DNA of 64,000 nucleotides from Geopsychrobacteraceae bacterium (GCA_963676795.2 CAXXTB010000002.1:2418629-2482628); one strand, 5' to 3'; shown: positions 35,971 to 46,744, counted from the stretch's first letter. Numbers and translations are program-made. Notes: a model not told the origin generated them from the sequence alone.

Positions 35971-36195
35971 TTAACGAACCTGGACAACTTCTTTGACTTC
36001 AGCAATCTTCTCTTTGAGAGTCTTTTCAATCCCCATTTTCAGGGTCATGGTCGACATTGGGCAGGAACCACAGGCACCGACCAGCTTGACACTGACAACG
36101 CCGTCTTCACTAACATCAACCAGTTCAACATTACCACCATCAGCCTGAAGGGCCGGACGAATCTGGTCCAAAACTTCTTCTACACGCTCTTTCAT
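35971..36195 (-). CDS. NifU/Nfu-type Fe-S carrier protein
   Basis: [32 protein letters not shown]. Confidence 0.92.
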   Translation of the reverse strand: MKERVEEVLDQIRPALQADGGNVELVDVSEDGVVSVKLVGACGSCPMSTMTLKMGIEKTLKEKIAEVKEVVQVR

Positions 36196-36269
36196 CGATG
36201 AAATCCTCCGTTATTTATGAGCTTATTCTGCGGATTATAACTTCTAGAGTCACAGTTTAGCAAGCCCCC

Positions 36270-36430
36270 AGTGTCCCGTATGGTTAGTCCTTTCAGATAA
36301 TTCCGAGCAATTTTGTTCGCTGACGAGGCGTGTTGACAGAGGCCTAGCCATAGCAAAGCCGAGGAAACACAACACGGGCAGTGGACAAAAGGGCCAGAAT
36401 TAACAGATGGAATTAACCGCACGGGACACT
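36270..36430. mobile_element. 161-bp MITE-like imperfect palindrome
   Basis: Terminal inverted repeats AGTGTCCCGTATGGTTAG / TTAACCGCACGGGACACT (15 of 18 match); inner pairs TAATTC/GAATTA, TTTTGTTCGCTG/CAGTGGACAAAA, CGTGTTG/CAACACG. Confidence 0.7.
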
Positions 36431-36446
36431 AGTCCAGGGGAGAGGC

Positions 36447-37619
36447 TTACCAGCCACCTGCGGGCAATCTAATATCACTGATTTTCCTTTGACACAAGAG
36501 TTCCACGAACGGAACATTTTTGGCCTGAACCAGCACCTTGAAGCTCTCCCCCATTCCTGATTCCGGCAGGATCAGATTTTTGAGCGTCATGCGCAGAGCC
36601 TGTGCCTTTCGCTCGTCCTGCTCCCGGGCCTGCAACTCCAGAAGCAGCTCAACAAAGCCGAGTCCGAGCAGGAACTGATACTGCAAACCGAAATAGCGGG
36701 TCTCGAGCCCATCCTGCTGACCGATTCTCTGCAACATGGAAAAATCGACATGCGTGGTGATATCCTGCTCACCAGGCAAACGATAGGGATTGTCGCTGGC
36801 CTGATGCCGGGAAAAACAGAGCAGGGTCCCGTTCTGGCGCCAGGGGGCATAGAGCTCCCGGTCCGGGTAGCCGTAATCGATGGTCAGCACAAAACCGCGC
36901 TCGAGCTTGGCCGCGACCTGACACATCCAGTCGCAGGCCGCCAGATTGACCTCACAGCGCTGCCCCTCGACAGGTGAGATACCTGCTGCAGAGAAGTAAT
37001 CGGCCAATCGGGATGTCGACAGGGGACGCAGTTCTTCGCCAAAGCCCCCGTCACCATTGACAACAAAAACCTCGCGCAACTCACCGCCGCTCATTTCGAC
37101 CAGATGAACCGGGAAGGCATCGATCAGCTCATTGCTCAGCCAGCAACCCTGAAGCTGCTCAAGCTCTTCAAACTCAGCCCAGCTGATCCGTCCGGCAGAC
37201 AGATGTCGCTGAAACACCCCAGCCTGCCGCTGGCGGGCAGCGGCACTGATCTCAACCAGCCGATAGTCGAGACAGGAATAAAACTCAGGGAACTCCTCCT
37301 CCAGCGCAGAGAGGATATCCAGGCAGAGATGGCCATCACCACCCCCCTGTTCCACAAGGGTAAAGGGCCCTCCTCCGAGCAGGGTCCACATCTGCTCCAG
37401 CTGCCGGGCAATCAGGCGCCCGAAGCAGCTATGCACGCTGGACGAGGTAAAAAAATCTCCCTGTTTGCCGATTCGGCTGTGCGGGGCAGAATAATAACCA
37501 TACTGCGGATGATAAAGGGCAAGCTCCATAAAACGCTGAAAAGGAATTCCGCCGGCAGCGGCGATCTCCCGCTTCACAACCTGATCCAACCTGTCCGCGT
37601 TCTGATCTGACATAAACAT
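36447..37619 (-). CDS. SAM-dependent methyltransferase, MidA/NDUFAF7 family
   Basis: FMELALYHPQYGYY, GDFFTS, SNELIDAFPVH, IDYG, GEQDITTHVDF, MGESFKVL. Confidence 0.9.
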   Translation of the reverse strand: MFMSDQNADRLDQVVKREIAAAGGIPFQRFMELALYHPQYGYYSAPHSRIGKQGDFFTSSSVHSCFGRLIARQLEQMWTLLGGGPFTLVEQGGGDGHLCLDILSALEEEFPEFYSCLDYRLVEISAAARQRQAGVFQRHLSAGRISWAEFEELEQLQGCWLSNELIDAFPVHLVEMSGGELREVFVVNGDGGFGEELRPLSTSRLADYFSAAGISPVEGQRCEVNLAACDWMCQVAAKLERGFVLTIDYGYPDRELYAPWRQNGTLLCFSRHQASDNPYRLPGEQDITTHVDFSMLQRIGQQDGLETRYFGLQYQFLLGLGFVELLLELQAREQDERKAQALRMTLKNLILPESGMGESFKVLVQAKNVPFVELLCQRKISDIRLPAGGW

Positions 37620-37851
37620 TCAATCCTGACGAAAAGCAAAGAGCCTGGATTATTGCAATGCCTATGACAAAATGCAACTGCATCCACCGACTGAACAATG
37701 GGTGGCACCCTAGGACCGACAATCGATTCACAAACGACAAGGCGACGACTCTTGAATTCACAGCAGATTCGTGCCATTATTGCCAGTCGACGCAGCCTGC
37801 CCAGATGCAGGAGGCATCCGCGTTTCACCAAAAAACACTGATGAGGAATAC

Positions 37852-38658
37852 ATGGCAATCATTACCATTTCCCGAGAAATGGGCAGCGGCGGCCGTCCGA
37901 TCGCACAACAACTCTCTGAGAAACTGAAATACAAACTGATCAACAGTGCTGCTATTCTTGAGGTTGCTGCCGACTATGGCCTGACCGAGGAAGCGATGTG
38001 GCAATGTGATGAAAAACCGCCGGCATTTCTGGAAGAAGTTGATCGTCAAAGCAAGCTCAATGTCTACCGGATACACCTGATTGTCCTTGAGCAGGCCCTG
38101 AATGACAACGTCATCCTTTACGGCCGCTCCGGTCAGGATCTGCTGGCGAGCGTTGAAGGGGTTCTCCGCGTACGGATTACCGCACCTTTTGAAGAGCGCG
38201 TTGAAGACTGGGCAGAGCGGGAGTGGATCGACCCCGACCTGGCGCGCTCCCTGGTCCGCAAAAGTGATCTCCAGCGTTCCAGCTACATCCGCTATTACTT
38301 TGATCGGGACTGGGCCGATCCCCTGAATTACGACCTGATCATCAACACCTCGCGTTTTCCCAAGGAAGCGGCCGTCAAAATCATCGCAGAAGCGGCTCAG
38401 AGTTCCTTCCTGAAGGAACATTCGGAAACCTGCAAGAGGAAATTGCGCGACCTGATCATTCAGAAAAGAATTCAGATCAATCGCCTTGCTGATGAGCGCA
38501 TCAGTGACATCTGGTACGACATTCTTGTCGAAAACGGGCATGTCACCCTGGCCGGACATATCTCCAGCGAAATCGGCCACCAGGCTGCACTGGAATGTGC
38601 GAAGGCGGTTGACGGGATCGTCGAGATCACTGACAACCTCAAGGTTGTGAACTACTAG
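37852..38658 (+). CDS. cytidylate kinase-like protein with C-terminal BON domain
   Basis: IITISREMGSGG, VILYGR, YDLIINT; C-terminal VENGHVTLAG...VDGIVEITDNL. Confidence 0.85.
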   Translation: MAIITISREMGSGGRPIAQQLSEKLKYKLINSAAILEVAADYGLTEEAMWQCDEKPPAFLEEVDRQSKLNVYRIHLIVLEQALNDNVILYGRSGQDLLASVEGVLRVRITAPFEERVEDWAEREWIDPDLARSLVRKSDLQRSSYIRYYFDRDWADPLNYDLIINTSRFPKEAAVKIIAEAAQSSFLKEHSETCKRKLRDLIIQKRIQINRLADERISDIWYDILVENGHVTLAGHISSEIGHQAALECAKAVDGIVEITDNLKVVNY

Positions 38659-38695
38659 CTGTAGAGTTTCGGCAAGCAACAAAAAACCAACACGA

Positions 38696-38721
38696 GCGCC
38701 GGTCCGACCGGCGTTTTGTTT
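38696..38721 (+). terminator. putative intrinsic terminator
   Basis: CGCCGGTC-C-GACCGGCG followed by TTTTGTT. Confidence 0.55.
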
Positions 38722-38747
38722 AACTTTTAGTCAAGGAGCAACAAACA

Positions 38748-39497
38748 ATGGCAGGACATAGTAAATGGGCCAACATCAAGCATAGAAAAGGTGCCCAGGA
38801 CGCCAAGCGCGGAAAAATCTTCACTAAAATCATCAAGGAAATCACCATTTCCGCTAAAATCGGCGGTGGTGATCTCGAGGCCAATGCCCGCCTGCGTCTG
38901 GCTGTCGACAAGGCCAAACAGGCCAACATGCCGAAAGACAATATCGACCGGGCGATCAAGAAAGGGACCGGCGACCTTGACGGCGTCACCTACGAAGAAG
39001 GCATCTTTGAAGGCTACGGCGCGGGTGGAGTTGCCGTCATCGTTGAATTCATGACCGACAACCGCACCCGTACCGTTGCCGATGTCCGTCATGCCTTCAA
39101 CAAGTATGGTGGGAGCCTCGGCGTCAGCGGTTCGGTCGCCTTTATGTTCGACCGTAAAGGCCAGATCATCTTCCCGACCGAAGGGAACGATTTTGACGCG
39201 ATCTTCGAAGCCGCCCTCGAAGCCGGTGCCGAGGACGTCAAGGAAGAGAACGACGTCATCGAAGTCATTACCGAGCCGAATGAATTTGAAACGGTCAAGA
39301 ACGCCCTCGAAGCCCAGGGACTCACCTATCAGTCCGCCGAAGTCACCATGATTCCGCAGAACATGAACCCGGTCGAAGGCAAGAACGCCGAATCCCTGAT
39401 GAAGATGATCGACGTGCTCGAAGACAACGATGACGTCCAGAACGTCTACGCCAACTTCGACATCTCCGATGAAGAGATGGAAAGGATCATGGGCTAA
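38748..39497 (+). CDS. yebC: YebC/PmpR family protein
   Basis: [35 protein letters not shown]. Confidence 0.95.
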   Translation: MAGHSKWANIKHRKGAQDAKRGKIFTKIIKEITISAKIGGGDLEANARLRLAVDKAKQANMPKDNIDRAIKKGTGDLDGVTYEEGIFEGYGAGGVAVIVEFMTDNRTRTVADVRHAFNKYGGSLGVSGSVAFMFDRKGQIIFPTEGNDFDAIFEAALEAGAEDVKEENDVIEVITEPNEFETVKNALEAQGLTYQSAEVTMIPQNMNPVEGKNAESLMKMIDVLEDNDDVQNVYANFDISDEEMERIMG

Positions 39498-39510
39498 GCC
39501 CAGTAGCGGC

Positions 39511-40026
39511 ATGCGTATTCTTGGCATCGATCCTGGCAGCAAAGCCACCGGCTACGGTTTTATCGAACAGCAGGGCAACCGACTCATCCACCTTGACAAC
39601 GGGGCGATCTTCACCCGCAGCCAGGATGCCCTGGCCAGCAGACTGCAGTTGATCTACTCTCAGCTCTGCGCCCTGATCGAACAATACCAGCCTGATGCCG
39701 TTGCCGTTGAGCAGGTTTTTCTCTCCAACAACCCCTCCTCGGCTCTTAAACTTGGACATGCCAGGGGCGTTGCGCTCCTGGCAGGCATCAACGCCGGTCT
39801 GCCGGTTGCCGAATATTCGGCGCTGCAGGTCAAAAGCGCCGTTGTCGGCTATGGCCGCGCCGCCAAAAATCAGGTTCAGCAGATGACCAAAACCCTGCTC
39901 AACCTCCCGGAGATTGCCCAGGAAGACGCTGCGGACGCACTGGCCGTGGCCATCTGCCATGCCCACAGCCACCACCTGAACAGACAGGTTTCCGGTCGCC
40001 TCCCGGGAAGAAGGAGAAGTTCGTGA
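39511..40026 (+). CDS. ruvC: Holliday junction resolvase RuvC
   Basis: [33 protein letters not shown]. Confidence 0.95.
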   Translation: MRILGIDPGSKATGYGFIEQQGNRLIHLDNGAIFTRSQDALASRLQLIYSQLCALIEQYQPDAVAVEQVFLSNNPSSALKLGHARGVALLAGINAGLPVAEYSALQVKSAVVGYGRAAKNQVQQMTKTLLNLPEIAQEDAADALAVAICHAHSHHLNRQVSGRLPGRRRSS

Positions 40027-40625
40027 TCGCACTACTGACCGGCCAACTGGCCGAACGCACACCGGAACAGATCATTCTCGATGTCAACGGTGTCGGCTAT
40101 CGCCTGCAGATTCCGCTCTCGACCTTCTATACCCTGCCGGAACAGGGGCAGGTGAAACTCAAGGTCTACACCCAGGTCAAAGAGGACGGCATCAACCTGT
40201 TCGGCTTTGCCACCCAGGAGGAAAAGGATCTGTTCAGCCTGCTCATCTCGGTGTCAGGTGTCGGCCCGAAACTGGCAATCACCACCCTCTCACATATGCC
40301 GGCTGGCGAACTGGCCAGGGCCTTGAGCGAAGGGGACAGCACCAGATTGATCGCCATTCCGGGGATCGGCAAAAAAAGCGCCGAACGCCTGGTTCTCGAA
40401 CTGCAGGACAAGGCCACCGCCTATGCGCTGGACGCGTCTCTGCACACGGCCCAGCAGCCCCAGACGCCTGGCCCGGCAGACCATCACGAGGACGCGCTCT
40501 CAGCACTGGTCAACCTGGGCTACAAGGAAGCCCTCGCCAGACGCGCTCTTAAGAGTCTCAAGCTGCCGCAAGGAACAGCCCTGGAGGAAATCCTCAAGGC
40601 CGCCCTGCAGCTGCTTGTCAAATAG
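40023..40625 (+). CDS. ruvA: Holliday junction branch migration protein RuvA
   Basis: [34 protein letters not shown]. Confidence 0.95.
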   Translation: MIALLTGQLAERTPEQIILDVNGVGYRLQIPLSTFYTLPEQGQVKLKVYTQVKEDGINLFGFATQEEKDLFSLLISVSGVGPKLAITTLSHMPAGELARALSEGDSTRLIAIPGIGKKSAERLVLELQDKATAYALDASLHTAQQPQTPGPADHHEDALSALVNLGYKEALARRALKSLKLPQGTALEEILKAALQLLVK

Positions 40626-40637
40626 GGATAAGCGGAT

Positions 40638-41657
40638 ATGAGTGATCGCCTGATAGATGCCGAAGAAATCCCGGCAGAGAACAACTTTGAAGTCAGTTTA
40701 AGACCCCGTTCCCTCAAGGAATATATTGGCCAGAGTAAGGCCAAACTGAACCTCCAGGTTTTCATCGATGCTGCGCGCAACCGTCAGGAAGCGTTGGATC
40801 ATGTGCTGTTCTTCGGCCCTCCGGGACTGGGCAAAACCACCCTGGCCAACATCATCGCCAACGAAATGGGCGTCAACATCAAGAGCACCTCGGGCCCGGT
40901 CATCGAAAAATCGGGGGACCTGGCCGCGGTCCTGACCAACCTGGAAGAAGGCGATGTCCTGTTCATCGACGAGATCCACCGACTCTCCCCCGTCGTTGAA
41001 GAAGTTCTCTACCCGGCGATGGAAGACTACCAGCTCGACATCATGATCGGTCAGGGCCCCTCGGCCCGGACGATCAAGCTCGACATTCCGCGCTTCACCC
41101 TGGTCGGCGCTACGACCCGGGCCGGACTGCTCTCTTCGCCGCTGCGCGACCGTTTCGGGGTTATCAGCCGTCTGGAGTTCTACACCCATGACGAACTGAC
41201 AACCATCGTCAAGCGCAGCGCCGATATCCTGCGCATCCGTATCGATGACGATGGCGCGCGCGAAATCGCCCGCCGCAGCCGCGGTACGCCACGGATCGTC
41301 AACCGCCTGCTCAGGCGGGTCAGGGACTTTGCCGAGATCGAAGGAGAAGGGCATATCACCCGGGCACTGGCCGACCATTCTCTCGGTCGCCTCGAGGTCG
41401 ACAATCAGGGGCTTGACTTTATGGACCGCATCCTGCTGCTGGCTATCATCGACAAGTTTGGTGGCGGGCCGGTCGGCCTCGATACCCTGGCTGCAGCCAT
41501 CGGTGAAGAGCGCGACACCATCGAAGATGTTATCGAACCATACCTGATCCAGCAGGGCTTTCTCAACCGGACCCCGCGGGGACGCGTGGCGACAGAGAGC
41601 TGTTACCAGCATTTCAAGCGCCCACTGCAGGACACTAACGGCCCGCTCTTCGGGTAG
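40638..41657 (+). CDS. ruvB: Holliday junction branch migration ATPase RuvB
   Basis: [37 protein letters not shown]. Confidence 0.96.
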   Translation: MSDRLIDAEEIPAENNFEVSLRPRSLKEYIGQSKAKLNLQVFIDAARNRQEALDHVLFFGPPGLGKTTLANIIANEMGVNIKSTSGPVIEKSGDLAAVLTNLEEGDVLFIDEIHRLSPVVEEVLYPAMEDYQLDIMIGQGPSARTIKLDIPRFTLVGATTRAGLLSSPLRDRFGVISRLEFYTHDELTTIVKRSADILRIRIDDDGAREIARRSRGTPRIVNRLLRRVRDFAEIEGEGHITRALADHSLGRLEVDNQGLDFMDRILLLAIIDKFGGGPVGLDTLAAAIGEERDTIEDVIEPYLIQQGFLNRTPRGRVATESCYQHFKRPLQDTNGPLFG

Positions 41658-41668
41658 TAGACGCATCA

Positions 41669-43957
41669 ATGAATCAACATCTGGAACAATTCGCTCTGCA
41701 GATCGCCAACTGGACCGAGGAGGTTATCGAACATGGCCGGACCCCCTTCCGCCGTGTCGACACCTTTCCCGAGATCGCGACAGATCAGGGGCTCTCCAAA
41801 CCACCCCTGGTTTTCTGGATCAATCGCCAGAGCCTGATGGCCGGCGGCATTGTTCTCATCCCCGAGGCAGATCTCGAACAGGAACTGAAACGCGGCAAAA
41901 GCTGTGCCGAAGCCCTGGGCCTGAAGTTCTTCGTCACCTGGGAAACCAAGCAGCTGCGCATCTGGCAGATCGACAACGAAGCAATCAGCGAAACGCAGAG
42001 TTTCCCGCTGGTCAGCCCGGACCAGCCGCAAACCTTCAAACTGCTGCTTCACGACCTGCTCGACAGCCTGAAGCTGCTGGCAGTCCTTCAGGCCGTACCA
42101 CCGCGCGAGCTGCCGGCGACCTACTTCACCAATCTATTCCTGGTTACCCTGGAGCAGACCCTGCCCGCTTACGTCAAACTGTTCCGCAGCCGCAGGTCCA
42201 ACCTGGAGACCGAGTCGACTGTCGATATCGATCTCTACGCGGAAAGCATGAATCGCCTGACCCTGCTGCGGATTCTCACCCTGCTCTGGCAGGAGCTGCT
42301 CCCGGCAACCCTGCTGCCCGACCACCTGGAACAGTGCCTCGTGGAACAACTGCCCAGACTTGAAGGCCTGTTACTATCCGGACTGGTCTGCGACAAACAG
42401 GACGAGATCGAAATCCCGGCTGATTCATGTGTCCACTTTCACCACCTGATCCTCAGATTGCGGCAGGTCGCCTGGAACAACAACGAACAACGCGTCGCCG
42501 ACATCCTCTGCGGACTGGTCCAGCTCTGGTTTCCGCTGACTCCGGAAAAGACCCGACAGAAACACAACGAGATCTACCCGCTGGAGCCTGCGCTAGGACA
42601 GAAGGTCGGGCTGGTTCTGTCCCAGTCTCAGTTACTACTGGGCTGTACCGCCCTGCTGCGCAGCATCAACAAACTAGAACCCTGCCAGCTGAAATTTGCG
42701 CCGGTCTCGGAATTGACGACAGAACTCTCGGATACCGAGCTGACTCTCGCCAACCTGAACTCGCCACGCAATGTCGTTAAGACCGAACGTCAACAACTGA
42801 CGATGCAATTACGCTATTCCTGGCCGAGCCGCCGCTTCAAGGTCTCTGCAGGCCAGCCGCTCTGGCCCTGGGAAGCACTTCACCTGGGAGGGCTCTGCCC
42901 GCCTGACAGGGAGCTGCGCCTGTCACTGCCTGCGAATCTGCACCAGATCCCGGCGACACATCCGTTCTGGGAAACGCTCTGCCAATATTTTACAATTCTG
43001 CACATCGACTGCGGCAAAGACTGCCCACTGCAGATTCATTTGCAAAAAACGCCGGGACTGGCAAAAAAATACCCTATCCAGGTTGCCGGCCGGGATTACC
43101 ATTTACCTGTCAGTGATGCCCCTCAGCAACTTTACGGCCAGATCGCCCTAGCCTCACAGCTGCCCGCAAATGCCTTTGAGCTGATCTGCGCCGAATTCAG
43201 CTGGCCGGAAAACGATCGGCACTCCAGCTGCGTCCCCCCTGGCCTGGATCTCTACCGTAAAAGCGATCTCTACCAGCTCCTGAGTCAGCTGGCCGGCGCA
43301 GATCCGGAAAATCCGGCAACACTGTCAATACTCCCCTACCCGAATCCGCTACTGCAGCAGGAACTGGCAAAGACATGCCAAGTGCAAAACGGCGCTCATG
43401 AAGGCAGCACTATCGACAAGCTGCTCGCTGATCTGATCGGCAAGACAGACCTGCTCAATATTCCTGCGCCATCAAGAACCAGGATGCCAAGCAGCGCCCT
43501 GTCCCAGCAGCAACCGACGGAAAACCTTATCGATCAGGCGCTTCATCAGCTCGAAGTTCAGGGAATTCCCAATTTCCCCGACCAGTACCTGTACTTTATC
43601 GAGCAGCCAGTCCTGCAGAAATTCCGGATCACGCCACCGGTGCATTTCAGCAATGAGATTCTCGGTCAATTCGATCTCCACGATGCAGCCGGAACGATCA
43701 TTACCGGCTACGGTGAAGAGCTGAAGATCGCCCTGCAGCTCTGCGCGGAGATGGACAAAACTGACTTTGAACTCCCCTCAGACAGGCAGGATCTGAAGGT
43801 TCTACTCAGTCATTACCAGAAAGATCTCGAAGCGCTGCACTCATCCCTGAGCGATTTCTGCTATAGTCAGCTTGAAAAATCCCAGGCAGCCCGTAAACTG
43901 GTTCAGCGTATCTGGAAACAGCTAAAACTGCCGGACCTGCAACTTTTTATCTCCTGA
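41669..43957 (+). CDS. large hypothetical protein (762 aa)
   Basis: Long ORF packed 11 bp after ruvB and 14 bp before queH; no clear catalytic motif recognised. Confidence 0.8.
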   Translation: MNQHLEQFALQIANWTEEVIEHGRTPFRRVDTFPEIATDQGLSKPPLVFWINRQSLMAGGIVLIPEADLEQELKRGKSCAEALGLKFFVTWETKQLRIWQIDNEAISETQSFPLVSPDQPQTFKLLLHDLLDSLKLLAVLQAVPPRELPATYFTNLFLVTLEQTLPAYVKLFRSRRSNLETESTVDIDLYAESMNRLTLLRILTLLWQELLPATLLPDHLEQCLVEQLPRLEGLLLSGLVCDKQDEIEIPADSCVHFHHLILRLRQVAWNNNEQRVADILCGLVQLWFPLTPEKTRQKHNEIYPLEPALGQKVGLVLSQSQLLLGCTALLRSINKLEPCQLKFAPVSELTTELSDTELTLANLNSPRNVVKTERQQLTMQLRYSWPSRRFKVSAGQPLWPWEALHLGGLCPPDRELRLSLPANLHQIPATHPFWETLCQYFTILHIDCGKDCPLQIHLQKTPGLAKKYPIQVAGRDYHLPVSDAPQQLYGQIALASQLPANAFELICAEFSWPENDRHSSCVPPGLDLYRKSDLYQLLSQLAGADPENPATLSILPYPNPLLQQELAKTCQVQNGAHEGSTIDKLLADLIGKTDLLNIPAPSRTRMPSSALSQQQPTENLIDQALHQLEVQGIPNFPDQYLYFIEQPVLQKFRITPPVHFSNEILGQFDLHDAAGTIITGYGEELKIALQLCAEMDKTDFELPSDRQDLKVLLSHYQKDLEALHSSLSDFCYSQLEKSQAARKLVQRIWKQLKLPDLQLFIS

Positions 43958-43971
43958 ACTGGAGTCGGACC

Positions 43972-44517
43972 ATGCATATTCTGCTTCATATCTGCTGCGG
44001 CAATTGCGCCATATACCCGGTCCAGAGACTGCGCAAAGACGGACACAGGATCACCGGCTATTTCCACAACTACAACATCCACCCCTATCAGGAATTTCTG
44101 CGCCGGCTGGAAACGACCCGGAACTACTCAGCCCGCGTTGAACTCGAGCTGGTCGTCGATGAAAGCTATAAACTCGAAGAGTTCCTTGCCAATGTCGCTC
44201 AGGACCCGGGCAACCGCTGCGAATACTGCTACAAATCAAGACTGAAAGCGACTGCAGAGCAGGCGGTTGCCTGCGGTGCAGACGGTTTTACGACCACCCT
44301 GCTCTATTCACGCTATCAGCGCCATCACGAGATTACCGAGTACGGCCGACAGCTCGCGGATCACCACGGTCTGATCTTTCACTATGAAAACTACCGTCAG
44401 GGCTGGAATGAAGGGATTCGCATCTCGAAAGAGATGGGCCTTTACCGCCAGCAATACTGTGGCTGTATCTATTCCGAAAAGGACCGCTATTTGCCGAAAC
44501 CAAAGAAAACATCCTGA
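43972..44517 (+). CDS. queH: epoxyqueuosine reductase QueH (DUF208)
   Basis: LLHICCGNC, NYNIHPYQE, RCEYCY, FTTTLLYS, LYRQQYCGCIYS. Confidence 0.9.
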   Translation: MHILLHICCGNCAIYPVQRLRKDGHRITGYFHNYNIHPYQEFLRRLETTRNYSARVELELVVDESYKLEEFLANVAQDPGNRCEYCYKSRLKATAEQAVACGADGFTTTLLYSRYQRHHEITEYGRQLADHHGLIFHYENYRQGWNEGIRISKEMGLYRQQYCGCIYSEKDRYLPKPKKTS

Positions 44518-44607
44518 CAGAGCGATTGTTCCGCTCGACTGAAGTGCTATAATTACCTATAATTACTGAAAGATCCTGACCGTTAACCGCTCACTTCGGA
44601 GGTAGCC

Positions 44608-44916
44608 ATGCTGGAACTTTTTGAAAAAACACTTTTGGCCGGAATCGGAACCCTGTCTCTGACCCAGAAAAAAGCGGAAGAACTCATCGACGAGCTGAAA
44701 AGCCGGATGAATATTTCTGAGGAAGAAGGAAAAAAACTGGTCAGTAAACTGCGCGAAGCTGCGAGCCAGAATCAAGAGAAACTTGAGTCAGCAGCCTGCG
44801 AGGAAATCAAAAAAGCCTGCGAACGGGTGGGAGTCGCCTCTGCCAGCGATCTCGAAGACCTGCAGAAAAGAGTCGCCCTGCTGGAGGCAAAAATCATAAA
44901 GCTTCAGGGACACTGA
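44608..44916 (+). CDS. phasin/PhaF-like coiled-coil protein
   Basis: KTLLAGIG...KAEELIDEL...EEGKK, ASASDLEDLQKRVALLE; GGAGG RBS; upstream of a UbiB-family gene. Confidence 0.7.
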   Translation: MLELFEKTLLAGIGTLSLTQKKAEELIDELKSRMNISEEEGKKLVSKLREAASQNQEKLESAACEEIKKACERVGVASASDLEDLQKRVALLEAKIIKLQGH

Positions 44917-44922
44917 TCAGCG

Positions 44923-46614
44923 ATGCTGCCGACAAACCGGCTGAACCGGAACATCAGAACCCTGAGACGTTATCGCCAGGTCCTGGGAATTCTCATCAAG
45001 TATGGGTTTGGCCATATCATCGAGCAGCTGAACATCGATTACTATCTCCACCTCAGCAAACGGATTCTGACCCTGGGCAAAGTATCGCGCAACCTGGAAC
45101 GCCTCTCGCAGGCGGCACGCCTGCGCCTCGCCCTGGAAGAATTGGGACCGACCTTCATCAAGCTGGGCCAACTTCTGTCGACGCGGCCGGACATACTCTC
45201 ATCAGATATCATCGCCGAACTGCAACGGCTCCAGGACAGCCTGCCGCCAATCGCCACCCGTGACATTAAAGCTCAGATCAACAAGGGGCTAGGCTACCCG
45301 GTTGAAGACATTTTCAGCAGCTTCAACGAACAGCCTCTGGCAACGGCAAGTATCGCCCAGGTCCACAAAGCAACGCTGAAGAACGGCCAACTTGTTGTCT
45401 GTAAAGTACGCCGCCCCGATGTGGAATCGGTCATCACCACCGACATTGATATCATGATGGGACTCGCCTATCTGGCCGAAAAACACCTGCCATCGAGCGA
45501 GATCTACAATCCTGTAGGGCTGGTCAAGGAATTCCGCCGCGCCATCCAGCGTGAGCTGGATTTTTCCCGGGAAGCGAGAAGCATCGACCAGTTTCATAAA
45601 AACTTCGCAGATGATCCCAGTGTCCGCATCCCCGCCGTGTACTGGGACCAGACCGGCCACACCGTGCTGACCATGGAGTTTATCGACGGCATAAAAATCT
45701 CGCGCCTCGAGGATTTGCGCCAGATCGGCCACAACCTCAAAGAGATCGCCCGGAACGGAGCAGACAACTTTCTCAAACAGGTATTCGTCTACGGGCTGTT
45801 TCATGCCGACCCGCACCCGGGCAACCTGCTGGTTCTGGAAAACAATATTATCGGGATTCTCGACTTTGGCATGGTTGGCCGGCTTGACGGTGATCTGAAG
45901 CTGCAACTGACCGAACTCCTGCTCTCGATCATCGAACGGGACGTCGACCGGCTGATCTCGCAACTGCTCTATTCGGGGGAACTCGATGACGAAGGAAACC
46001 TAAAGAACCTGAAAAGAGACCTGACCGACTTCATCGACGAATACTACGATATCCTGCTCCAGGACCTGAAAGTCGGTAAGCTGCTGATCGAATTCATCGA
46101 ACTGCTCGGCGAGTACCGGATCAAGTTTCCAGCCAACCTGCTCCTGCTGGCCAGAGCGTTGATCGCGATTGAAGGCCTGGGGCGACAACTCGATCCCGAA
46201 TTCAACATGATTGCCCAGGTTCAGCCCTTCGCCGAACGGATTATCCGCGAACGCTACTCTCCGGGCAACCTCACCAGAGATGCCTTTCAAACAATACGCG
46301 ATTACCACGCCCTGAGTAGAAGCCTGCCAAGAGACATCAAGGAATTTCTCAACCGTCTGAATCGCAACAAATTCAAGATCGATCTGGAACATCAGGGATT
46401 GGATCATCTGATCAACGACATCGACAAATCGAGCAATCGCGTCTCTTTCAGTCTGGTCATTGCAGCTCTGATCATCGGCTCATCACTAATCATGCAAAGC
46501 GACAAAGGTCCCATGCTTTTTGGCTTTCCAATGCTGGGGCTGATAGGCTATTGTGTCGCCGGTTTTTTCGGATTTTGGCTGGTCATAGCCATTCTGAGAT
46601 CAGGACGGATGTAA
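44923..46614 (+). CDS. ABC1/UbiB (AarF) family kinase-like protein
   Basis: LGPTFIKLGQLLSTRPD, ASIAQVH, KVRRP, FHADPHPGN, DFGMVG, two C-terminal TM helices. Confidence 0.92.
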   Translation: MLPTNRLNRNIRTLRRYRQVLGILIKYGFGHIIEQLNIDYYLHLSKRILTLGKVSRNLERLSQAARLRLALEELGPTFIKLGQLLSTRPDILSSDIIAELQRLQDSLPPIATRDIKAQINKGLGYPVEDIFSSFNEQPLATASIAQVHKATLKNGQLVVCKVRRPDVESVITTDIDIMMGLAYLAEKHLPSSEIYNPVGLVKEFRRAIQRELDFSREARSIDQFHKNFADDPSVRIPAVYWDQTGHTVLTMEFIDGIKISRLEDLRQIGHNLKEIARNGADNFLKQVFVYGLFHADPHPGNLLVLENNIIGILDFGMVGRLDGDLKLQLTELLLSIIERDVDRLISQLLYSGELDDEGNLKNLKRDLTDFIDEYYDILLQDLKVGKLLIEFIELLGEYRIKFPANLLLLARALIAIEGLGRQLDPEFNMIAQVQPFAERIIRERYSPGNLTRDAFQTIRDYHALSRSLPRDIKEFLNRLNRNKFKIDLEHQGLDHLINDIDKSSNRVSFSLVIAALIIGSSLIMQSDKGPMLFGFPMLGLIGYCVAGFFGFWLVIAILRSGRM

Positions 46615-46744
46615 CCGGCAGACTGTGTTATTTTCGGCACAGATGCAAAATCGGACCGGTTTTCTGTGCAACATTTCTGCTCGGCGACCCTCGTCCCCAA
46701 ACCAACCATCCTTAATTTCAACAACTTGAACACACAATAGAGAT

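Noticed and set aside
37762..37777. Possible sigma54 promoter TGGCACGAATCTGC on the minus strand
   Set aside because: GG-to-GC spacing is 9, not the required 10.
2733..41669. Long antisense ORFs (2733-3893, 15897-17045, 24602-25567, 32454-33377, 35030-35962, 40698-41669)
   Set aside because: They are opposite-strand shadows of well-supported genes, as expected in GC-rich coding DNA.
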